In this document: piece after piece, positions 56,516 through 64,000 of the stretch
Layout: each line of letters starts with the position of its first letter
Numbering within the stretch: the first letter of the stretch is position 1
Translations under genes and position numbers: made by a program
Source: Deltaproteobacteria bacterium
GTDB taxonomy: Bacteria > UBA10199 > GCA-002796325 > JACPFF01
DNA: 64,000 nucleotides
NCBI GenBank assembly: GCA_016210045.1
Contig: JACQUX010000038.1
Location: forward strand, 165,139 to 229,138
Reading direction: 5' to 3'
Notes under the pieces: model-generated
The model's database searches: none
Seen by the model: only the letters and a program-made list of their open reading frames with translations
Told to the model about the DNA's origin: nothing

Positions 56516-58389
56516 AAATGTGTTCCGCGCAACGCCGCGACGCGTTCTTGTAAGTCTGCGGCGCGAACTTGCGTCGGCGGAAGCGGCTCGGCGATTACCA
56601 GCCGAATGTGGGAACGCAGTCGTTGTAGAAATCGCCATACGGTGCGGCCCGGCATCCGGCTGAACGCGCTGCCCCACAACCCTTGCAGCGCCATCGGAAT
56701 GACCGGCGCCGGTGTGCGTTCGATGATTCGCTCAATCCCCGGTTTGAACGGATTCATCGCGCCGTCGTGCGTCAGTTTCCCTTCGGGGAAAATGCAGACG
56801 ACGTCGCCTTCCTGCAGCGCCTGCGCGATCGCGTCGTATGCGGATCCCAACACATCCGGATTTTCCCGCTTCGACGCGATCGGGATCGCGCGGCCGCGTT
56901 TGGCGAAGTAGCTGATGATCGGATGCGCGGCGATGTAATGATCCATGATAAATCGGGCAGGGCGACGGCATGCCGCGGCGACGATCAGGCCGTCGACGAA
57001 GCTGACGTGGTTGCAGACCAACACCACCGGCCCGTGTTCCGGGATCCGCTCCGCGCCTTCGACCTCGAGCCGATAGAGGGAGTGCATCAGGATCCAGATC
57101 ATGAAGCGGTAGAGGAATTCCGGGATGATCCCGTAAATGTAACTCGCGACGGCGGCGTTCAAGATTGCGAGCACGAGGAACATCTGGGGAATGGAGCAAT
57201 GGAGTTGTGTGAGGAGCATCGTCAGCAGCGCGGAGCTGACGACGAACACGGCGTTAATGATGTTATTCGCAGCGATAATCCGCGAGCGCCGCTCCGGTGC
57301 GGACCGTTGTTGAATCAACGCTTGCAGTGGCACGACGAAGAATCCGGAGAAGATGCTGATGCCGACGAGGTCGATGAGAATTCGCCAACTCCCGACACTG
57401 TGCAGAAATGCGGCGACGCCCAATGGTCCGGACGCATTGCCGTGAAACTGCGGACTGGCCCACGCGAGATCGAGTGTGAAGAGTGTCATGCCGATCGAAC
57501 CGAACGGCACTAAGCCCAATTCCACGCGCTTGCCCGAGAGCCGTTCGCAGCCGAGTGATCCGATCCCGATCCCGACACAAAACATCACGAGACACAGCGT
57601 GACCACCGACTCGCGACTGCCCAAGACGTCTTTACCGAAACTCGGCAGCAGCGTGAGCAACATCGCGCCGAAGAACCAGAACCACGAGATACCGAGAATG
57701 GAGAGAAAGATCGTGCGATGGCGGCGCGCGTCGCGGACCAAGGCATACGTCAGGCGCAGCGGATTCCACGTAGCGACGGTCGTGTGATCGAGTGGCGGGG
57801 CGGTTGGGATGCCGCGGGAAAATCCCCAACCGAGCATGGCGACGCCGATGGCCGTGAGCGGGACAATATGCGCGCCGTTCGGCAGCGCCATCAGGACGCC
57901 GCCCAAGATCGTGCCGAGCAAGATCGCGAGGAACGTCCCCATTTCGATCATACCGTTCCCGCCGATCAATTCGTCCGCATGCAGGTGTTGCGGCAGTAAA
58001 CTGAACTTGATCGGGCCGAAGACCGTGGAGTGGAGCCCCATCAATGTGAGTACGACCAACAATCCCGCCAGGCTGTGGTAGTGAAAGGCGATGAGCGCGA
58101 GTCCCATAATGGCGATTTCTGCCAGCTTGACGAAACGCACCAAGCGCGATTTTTCGCAGCGATCCGCCAATTGCCCGGCCAGCGCGGAAAAAAGGAAGAA
58201 CGGCAGAATGAACAACCCTTGGCAGAGGGCCACCAGCGACGTGCGTTGCGCCTCGCTCGTCTCCGCGCTGTGGAAGACGATCAGGATCATCAGCGCGTTC
58301 TTGAATAAGTTGTCGTTGAGTGCGCCAAAAAATTGCGTCCCGAACAACGGCCAAAAGCGCGTGCTGCGCAGCAACAGGAATTGATTCAT
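56512..58389 (-). CDS. Lysophospholipid transporter (MFS, LplT-like) fused to acyltransferase (PlsC/Aas-like)
   Basis: N-terminal 12-TM MFS region. The C-terminal acyltransferase region carries the NHVSFVDG (HxxxxD) and FPEGKLTHDG (FPEG) motifs. Confidence 0.8.
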   Translation of the reverse strand: MNQFLLLRSTRFWPLFGTQFFGALNDNLFKNALMILIVFHSAETSEAQRTSLVALCQGLFILPFFLFSALAGQLADRCEKSRLVRFVKLAEIAIMGLALIAFHYHSLAGLLVVLTLMGLHSTVFGPIKFSLLPQHLHADELIGGNGMIEMGTFLAILLGTILGGVLMALPNGAHIVPLTAIGVAMLGWGFSRGIPTAPPLDHTTVATWNPLRLTYALVRDARRHRTIFLSILGISWFWFFGAMLLTLLPSFGKDVLGSRESVVTLCLVMFCVGIGIGSLGCERLSGKRVELGLVPFGSIGMTLFTLDLAWASPQFHGNASGPLGVAAFLHSVGSWRILIDLVGISIFSGFFVVPLQALIQQRSAPERRSRIIAANNIINAVFVVSSALLTMLLTQLHCSIPQMFLVLAILNAAVASYIYGIIPEFLYRFMIWILMHSLYRLEVEGAERIPEHGPVVLVCNHVSFVDGLIVAAACRRPARFIMDHYIAAHPIISYFAKRGRAIPIASKRENPDVLGSAYDAIAQALQEGDVVCIFPEGKLTHDGAMNPFKPGIERIIERTPAPVIPMALQGLWGSAFSRMPGRTVWRFLQRLRSHIRLVIAEPLPPTQVRAADLQERVAALRGTHL

Positions 58390-58458
58390 CGCTGCTCGTC
58401 TATATCGTATCGTCACTACTTGCCTCAACGGGATAATTGGCGTAAGAGACGCGACACT

Positions 58459-59619
58459 ATGCGCAAATGGGGAGCGAGTATTGTGGTGGCGGCGGCGCTG
58501 TTCGGAGTGCTCTGCAGTGCCATCGCGTTGAAACATTACGTCGGCATCGCACAAGGCGGATTAAGCGAGCCCTCGTTCTGCAACATCAGCGAGGCGTTCA
58601 ATTGCGACGCCGTCGCCGCGAGCAGTTATGCTACGCTGGGCGGCCTTCCGGTCGCGGGACTCGGCCTCATCTTCTTCGCGGCGCAGGCCCTGTTCGGGCT
58701 CTGGGTCCTGTTTCAAGGCGAAGCGGCGCATGCCACGGCCGGCTTCGGCCTTTGGTTGGCAGCGTTGGGGCTCATCCCCAGTGCGTATCTCCTCTATGTC
58801 ATGACCGTCGTGTTGGGAACGTACTGTCTCACTTGTCTCGGCATGGACGCCGCAACACTGCTGATGCTGTTCGGCTGGGCATGTTATGGGCGCGCCGGCT
58901 TGGCTGCCTTGAAAGATCGCAGCGCTTGGGTGCGGCACGGTTCCACGTTAGGCGTGCTGTTTTTCGTCGGGATCTTGTTCCTCGTCAACCTGCGCAGCGC
59001 GACGGGCGGCGGCCAAGTGAAGCCGGAAGTGTTGCGCGAGGCGCTGCGGGCCTTTCAACGTCAGCCGCAAGTACAACTGGCGATCAATCCGCAAGAACAT
59101 CCGGTATGGGGCGCGCCGGACGCCAAGGTCACGATCGTGGAATTCAGCGACTTCGAATGTCCGCATTGTCAAAAGGCGGCGTTCTTTATTCGCCCATCGT
59201 TGGCGGAATTCCGGCGCCACGTGCGTTTCGTGTTCGTCAATAATCCGCTCGATCAGTCGTGCAATGACGACATCAAGCACCCGGCCCACCAATTCGCGTG
59301 CCTCGCCGCGCGCGCGGCGCTCTGCGCCGGAGACGTGGGTCGGTTTTGGGAATATCACGACGCCGTATTCAAGATCCAAACGAAGCTGTCACGCGAGCGC
59401 TTGATCGGCCTCGCGAAGACGCACGGGATCGAAGAGTCCGCATTTGTCGCCTGTCTCGATGCGCCGGAAACTGACCAACGGGTGCGCCGCGATCTGGAAA
59501 TCGGTCGTAGTGTGAAAATCAGCGGTACGCCGACCGTCTATGTGAATGGGCGGCTCCTCCGCATTTGGCAAAACGCCGAATTCCTCCGCGCCGTCCTCAA
59601 CGCCGAGTTGTCTCGATGA
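58459..59619 (+). CDS. Vitamin K epoxide reductase (VKOR) domain fused to DsbA-like thioredoxin-fold domain
   Basis: N-terminal 4-5 TM helices with CxxC (TYCLTCLG) and loop Cys pair (FCNISEAFNC). C-terminal periplasmic thioredoxin-fold with CPHC. Confidence 0.8.
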   Translation: MRKWGASIVVAAALFGVLCSAIALKHYVGIAQGGLSEPSFCNISEAFNCDAVAASSYATLGGLPVAGLGLIFFAAQALFGLWVLFQGEAAHATAGFGLWLAALGLIPSAYLLYVMTVVLGTYCLTCLGMDAATLLMLFGWACYGRAGLAALKDRSAWVRHGSTLGVLFFVGILFLVNLRSATGGGQVKPEVLREALRAFQRQPQVQLAINPQEHPVWGAPDAKVTIVEFSDFECPHCQKAAFFIRPSLAEFRRHVRFVFVNNPLDQSCNDDIKHPAHQFACLAARAALCAGDVGRFWEYHDAVFKIQTKLSRERLIGLAKTHGIEESAFVACLDAPETDQRVRRDLEIGRSVKISGTPTVYVNGRLLRIWQNAEFLRAVLNAELSR

Positions 59620-59687
59620 TGCATACGCCGAGAGCTTCAAGGCATGCCGTAGTAGAGCATCCAGATTGAATTGTAGCGTCACATGCC

Positions 59688-59835
59688 CCGGCAGGGGCGT
59701 GAGGGGAGTCCCGCGGGGCCGTTCGCCTCGCGGTACGGCGCTCGGCTTACTGAGACCTCGCTCGGTCGGGCTTCAACACCATAGTGCTCCCTCGCTCAGA
59801 CTCGCCCGCGGGACTCCCCTCTCGCCCCTGCCGGG
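59688..59835 (+). repeat. ~155 bp structured repeat element, copy 2
   Basis: The core is near-identical to 12988-13082. The terminal stems (ccggcaggggcgtgaggggagtcccgcggg ... cccgcgggactcccctctcgcccctgccgg) differ from copy 1 but remain self-complementary. Located ~70 nt after the VKOR-DsbA gene stop. Confidence 0.7.
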
Positions 59836-60077
59836 ACCTTTTTACAATTTGGATACTCTACTAAAGCACATCGCACTCAATGCCGAAGCGCCTGCTCCTC
59901 TCAGCGGGTGACGCCGGCGGAAGGCCTCCAGTCTGGAGCCGCACAGCGTCGGCAAGGCCAGCTCTTACGGACCTGGAAGGCGTCAGCGAGCAGCGAAGAC
60001 TGGAGGGACCCGCCGGTGGCAGGACCCGCCCACGTGGCCAGAAGCGAATTAGAAGATGTGTGCTGGATGCTAGGTGT

Positions 60078-62630
60078 TCACGGTCTCGCGAGCGATGACG
60101 CAGATGGAATGTGATTCGAGTTCCCCATAACTTTTTGTTCCAATTCAATCCACGTCACATACGCCGGTAGCACGACCACGGCTGTGAGCAGACAGGTGAT
60201 CTCTGCGAGCAAGCCCGTCAGTCCGAAGGTCTGGAGCGCGCCGTTGCGCGAGATCATCAATACGCCGTAGCCGAGAATCGTCGTAAGGGAACAGAGGCAG
60301 ACCGCACCGCCGACTTGTTGCACGGCCGTGCGCATGGAGCCGGGGCCGTCTTGCCGATACCGTTGGAAGATGTTGACGGCGTAATCGACGCCGATTCCGA
60401 ATGCGATCGGCAGTGCGACGAAATTCAAAAAGTTGAGTTTGACGCGGAACAGCGGCAGACACGCGATCAGCCAAATGATCCCGAGACAAAGACTCGCGAG
60501 CACCTTCGTGACCGCGAACCGATCGCGGAACGTCAGCCAGACGACGAAGACGACTAACGCCAGCGCCAACAGCGAGACCCGCGGCCCCTCGCGCGTGACG
60601 ACGTTCAGCAGGTCGGAAAAGATCACCGCCTCGCCCGAGGCATAAATGATCTTACCAGACGCGAGTTCAATCCGACTGAGCAGTCCGGCGAATTTAACCA
60701 GCTCCCGACCGTCCCACAAATTGGCAGAAGAGGTCGGATACACGTAAATGACGAGCCCCGTTCGCCCATCCAATTCGCGGAATTTTTCGATGACCGTCAC
60801 CGGCAAATCCTTGATCTTGACCGGCTGCAAGTCGACAGTCCGCTCGAATTCATCGACTTTTTCCCGCTGCGCATCGGTCAGAAACTTCAACGTGTTGCCG
60901 GTCAGGAGTTTCCGGATGCGTTGCAAGGCGGCCAGCTTGTCTTCCTGTTGTTCGGGGATGAACGAAAACAGCGTCTTGCATTGATCGAAAATCCGGTGTC
61001 CCGCCTCGGTGTACAGATTCGCGGCCTTGGCGTGAATGGCGTCGCAAATCGGCTGTACGTCGGCGAGGTCGTCGGCCAAGATCACGGCCGGCGAGGCCGA
61101 TTCGCCGAAGACGTCGTCGGCGTGGCTCTGCGCCCATTTCTCCCACGACTCCTGCTGTTCCTGCGGTTTGAATCGCAGCTTATTGAAATCGTACTCCAGC
61201 GAATCGGGAATATACCAGCCCGCGACGACCAGCGACGTGGCCGCGAGGCACGCCGCGCTGATCAAGACCGGACGCCAGCGCTGCGTGGCGAGACGTGCCA
61301 ACGGATTCATGAACAATGCGAACGGCGTGCGCGCGTTCGCGCGGAAGCGGAGCGGCCACATCCGTTCGGTGCAGTGGATCCAGCCGGGGAGCAATCCATA
61401 CGTGGCCAGCCAGCAACCGACCATGCCGATGCTGCCGATCACGCCAAACTGATTGAAGCCGCGCACCTGCGCGACCGCGAGCGCCAAGAACGAAAAGACC
61501 GTCGTGGCACACGACGCGAACGTGCCGCGCCAGGTCTGATGCATCGCGATCGCCATCGCGCCGATGGGCGGATGCGCGCGCTCCCGTCGTTCTTCCAGAT
61601 ACCGCGCCATCAGGATCAGGCCGTAGTTGATCCCGTTGCCCAAGATAATCGAACCGAGGAAGGCCGTTTGCGAGGTGAGATAGCCGATCGTGTAGCGCGC
61701 AAACGTCAGCGCAGCCAACGTGCCGAGTCCCGCCGCGCCGATCATCAGGAAACACATTCGGAATTTGCGAAAATAGAGCAATACGGTGCTCCCGACCAGC
61801 AACGCGCACAGCAGCAGCGTGTGTTGTGCATCGCCGACGATCGTCTCGTACTCGGTGATCATTTTCGGATAACGCCCGCCGAATCCGATCCGCAGCCCAA
61901 CGCCATATTGTTCGGGATGGAGTTTATCGACTAATGCACGCGCGGCAGCGATCAGCCGCTTCGCGTCTGCGACGTTCAGCGAACCCGCCTTCGGTTTCAA
62001 CACCACGATCGCCAGCGTCGCTTCGGCATTGGTGAAATAGCCGTCTCGGTTTTTCCCCGGCTCTTTGGAGGTGTGGCGATACTTCCCTTCGATATCGGTA
62101 ATGTCGAAGTTCGGCGGATCGTCGATGTCGACGAAGAATGGATTCTTTTTCAGTTTTTCGTAACGAATTTGGCGATCAAGCCGTTTTTCGATCTCATGCA
62201 AATCAGGGAGATCGATATAGAGGTAGCGATATTTTTCCGTGAAGTCATCGATCGGCTTGGTGTTGTATTCGACGCGGTCCACCAACTCCCGGAGCCGCTC
62301 CGGTGCCGCAGCGGCGAAATCGTCGATGAAGCGCCGCATCGTCGGCCAATCGGGCCCGGCCGCGCCATCCGCCATGTTGCCGCCGCCAATCAGTAACAGC
62401 AAGTTGGCGGTGGAACGGAAGCGCTGTTCGATTTCTTCCAACTCCTGCACGCTCGGATAGCTACGCGGCAACATGCGCTTGAAGTCGCTGTCGATCCCCA
62501 AACGGCGCACTGCCAACGTCGTGAGCACGGCGCATGTCATCCCGAGGATGACAAATCCCCACGCATACTTCCACGCGACCCGACTGTATCGTTCCCAAAA
62601 CGTGGCCATACGTCCGTGCGTCCGTAGCAT
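60078..62630 (-). CDS. MMPL/RND superfamily transporter (12 TM, two large periplasmic loops)
   Basis: 850 aa with duplicated 6-TM plus periplasmic-domain architecture and MMPL-type motifs. Resembles hopanoid/lipid exporters of the HpnN type, but the substrate cannot be inferred. Confidence 0.85.
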   Translation of the reverse strand: MLRTHGRMATFWERYSRVAWKYAWGFVILGMTCAVLTTLAVRRLGIDSDFKRMLPRSYPSVQELEEIEQRFRSTANLLLLIGGGNMADGAAGPDWPTMRRFIDDFAAAAPERLRELVDRVEYNTKPIDDFTEKYRYLYIDLPDLHEIEKRLDRQIRYEKLKKNPFFVDIDDPPNFDITDIEGKYRHTSKEPGKNRDGYFTNAEATLAIVVLKPKAGSLNVADAKRLIAAARALVDKLHPEQYGVGLRIGFGGRYPKMITEYETIVGDAQHTLLLCALLVGSTVLLYFRKFRMCFLMIGAAGLGTLAALTFARYTIGYLTSQTAFLGSIILGNGINYGLILMARYLEERRERAHPPIGAMAIAMHQTWRGTFASCATTVFSFLALAVAQVRGFNQFGVIGSIGMVGCWLATYGLLPGWIHCTERMWPLRFRANARTPFALFMNPLARLATQRWRPVLISAACLAATSLVVAGWYIPDSLEYDFNKLRFKPQEQQESWEKWAQSHADDVFGESASPAVILADDLADVQPICDAIHAKAANLYTEAGHRIFDQCKTLFSFIPEQQEDKLAALQRIRKLLTGNTLKFLTDAQREKVDEFERTVDLQPVKIKDLPVTVIEKFRELDGRTGLVIYVYPTSSANLWDGRELVKFAGLLSRIELASGKIIYASGEAVIFSDLLNVVTREGPRVSLLALALVVFVVWLTFRDRFAVTKVLASLCLGIIWLIACLPLFRVKLNFLNFVALPIAFGIGVDYAVNIFQRYRQDGPGSMRTAVQQVGGAVCLCSLTTILGYGVLMISRNGALQTFGLTGLLAEITCLLTAVVVLPAYVTWIELEQKVMGNSNHIPSASSLARP

Positions 62631-62715
62631 GGGTCAGGGAAGGGGAGCAAGGGAATGGGGGACGCGGAGTTCCCCTTCTTGCGCCCCCTGCCGAAGCGTG
62701 CTACTGCTTCTTCCT

Positions 62716-63480
62716 ATGTGTTCCCGCCTTGGTGTCAGTCTCGGTCTTTGTGGGGTGCTGGCTGTTTCGGCGCCGGCGTTTGCCAAGAAAAAAGGGGATG
62801 ACCTCGGCGTGATCACGGTGGAAGAAGTGCCGCTCGGGGCCGTGCCGGCGTCGCGTAGCACCGGAAAATCCGCGCCGGCCGTGAAGCGGAAGAAACCGAA
62901 GCCGGTAGTGCAAACGAAGGCCGCGCCGCACCATGCGCACACCGCGACTCCGCCGAGTGAACCCGCGACTGCGACCGTCGCGACGCCCGTTCCGATGCCG
63001 ACACCCACAGCCTCCGCAACGGGTCCCACTGCGACCGCAGAGCCAACCGTCGTTGTCACGCCTCCTTCGCCGCAGGCGGGAGTCGAGGCCGCTCCACCCG
63101 CGGCGACTGCAGACGCGACCGCCGCGCCAACTCCCGTGCCTCCACCGACCGAAACGCCAACGACTCCAGCGGTGACAGCCACGGCCCCCGTCGAAGTTGT
63201 GACGCCGTCACCGAGCCCCAGCGCCCCGATCGCTTCACTCCCCCCCGCAGCCGTGCCGCCGCGTCCCGAAGCTCCCACGAAACGTCCCGAGGATCAATTT
63301 GCGGGCCAACTCGTGCAAGTCACGCCCCAGTCCGTCGTGGTTCGTGCGCTGAACGGCGAGACCCGCACGTTTGCACGCGCCGGCCTCAAGATCGAAACGC
63401 CTCGCGCCGGCGACATGGTCACTGCCCGCTTCCGCGAAGGCACCGATGAATTAGTCGCCGTCGATGTTGCCGGGCCTTGA
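62716..63480 (+). CDS. Hypothetical secreted Pro/Thr/Ala-rich protein with small C-terminal beta-rich domain
   Basis: Signal peptide (MCSRLGVSLGLCGVLAVSAPAFA). ~180 aa of PTA-rich low complexity. C-terminal ~70 aa globular segment. Confidence 0.5.
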   Translation: MCSRLGVSLGLCGVLAVSAPAFAKKKGDDLGVITVEEVPLGAVPASRSTGKSAPAVKRKKPKPVVQTKAAPHHAHTATPPSEPATATVATPVPMPTPTASATGPTATAEPTVVVTPPSPQAGVEAAPPAATADATAAPTPVPPPTETPTTPAVTATAPVEVVTPSPSPSAPIASLPPAAVPPRPEAPTKRPEDQFAGQLVQVTPQSVVVRALNGETRTFARAGLKIETPRAGDMVTARFREGTDELVAVDVAGP

Positions 63481-63536
63481 GGGAACTTCTTACAAATTCA
63501 ATTTGTTGGGGACCTTGAAGAATGCCCCAGATGCTA

Positions 63537-63599
63537 GGCGCCCGGCCCGCCGCGACCGGAGCGTACTCGGTTGTACGTGAGGATCGCGGCGGGCCGGGC
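63537..63599. terminator. Hairpin (16 bp perfect GC-rich stem) between convergent genes
   Basis: The hairpin is gcccggcccgccgcga-ccggagcgtactcggttgtacgtgaggatcgcg-tcgcggcgggccgggc. Confidence 0.5.
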
Positions 63600-63633
63600 A
63601 ACAACGCAGATGTGGTATTCTCCGAGGTCCCCA

Positions 63634-64000
63634 CTAATCCGCAAACACGAAGACTGATTCTGGGTAATAGCGAATGCGATCTGCTTCGTAACACCAACGC
63701 AGATGCTCGCGCAGTAGCCGATTTTTGGCCGCGAGGCTGACTTGGCCGCGCAGCCAGGCGAGCGCAACGTCGACCCGCAGCGGACGCCCCGGAATCAGGT
63801 GGCGTGTGCTTTTCCGCGGGAAGATCTTCCCGGCGACCGTGCGCTCGATGACCTCGGCCTTCGTGTAGAGCGGCCGCATCACCAGTCCACCGCAATCCAT
63901 CCGGTGAAAATCGCGCAGCGACAATACATCCGGGACATACAGCGGACGAAACCCGTCCGCATCGAGCGCGGCATCCATCCGCGCACAGGCCTGCACGCAG
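63634..64000 (-). CDS. Hypothetical protein, 3' portion (gene runs off the window end)
   Basis: ORF of ≥120 aa reaching the window edge. No family recognised. Confidence 0.35.
   Translation of the reverse strand, partial: CVQACARMDAALDADGFRPLYVPDVLSLRDFHRMDCGGLVMRPLYTKAEVIERTVAGKIFPRKSTRHLIPGRPLRVDVALAWLRGQVSLAAKNRLLREHLRWCYEADRIRYYPESVFVFAD

Noticed and set aside
54647-56677. ORF-track start at 56677 for the TPR glycosyltransferase, overlapping the upstream acyltransferase gene by 165 nt
   Set aside because: A same-strand overlap of that length is unlikely. A GTG overlapping the upstream stop (TTGTGA) at 56515 gives a conventional coupled start. The exact start remains uncertain.

Overview
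This is a high-GC (roughly 63-66%) bacterial chromosomal segment with about 55 protein-coding genes on both strands. I could not support any rRNA or tRNA gene, CRISPR array, transposase or prophage, but I did not scan all 64 kb by eye and the tRNA check was not exhaustive. Several features below lie in stretches I only spot-checked. Most genes are housekeeping:

- methionine and lysine biosynthesis: metH, dapA and dapF
- transcription termination: rho
- base-excision repair: a polX and nth pair next to the peroxiredoxin gene bcp
- the GDP-fucose pathway: gmd and fcl
- a GldA/GldF/GldG-like ABC transporter set followed by a DUF4340 gene
- MFS, MMPL, DedA and TauE/SafE membrane transporters
- a VKOR-DsbA fusion
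- a VapBC toxin-antitoxin pair

The signalling and redox content comprises a NarL-type two-component pair upstream of a nonaheme c-type cytochrome and a cytochrome b. There is also a class III adenylyl cyclase fused to a STAND ATPase and TPR repeats, translationally coupled to a cNMP-binding protein.

The most unusual region is a minus-strand cluster at about 2.7-8.4 kb. It contains a protein with an unknown N-terminal region and a C-terminal FGE/SUMF1-type domain, then a protein with a C-terminal Hint / bacterial-intein-like domain whose C-extein is only 3 residues, then a translationally coupled single-pass membrane protein. Two of these genes, and an orphan histidine-kinase-like ATPase gene 6-8 kb away, are preceded by the same motif, GCAAC-N16-CGATAyaC. 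This looks like an extracytoplasmic-function (ECF) sigma-factor promoter, so the genes may form a small regulon of unknown function.

The intergenic DNA is unusually repeat-rich. I found three copies of a 60-75 bp perfect hairpin, two copies of a ~155 bp element whose long terminal stems differ between copies but stay complementary, and four loci of tandem CCAGYCA heptamers. The ORF track also contains many long antisense ORFs without homology support, which I treat as GC artefacts.
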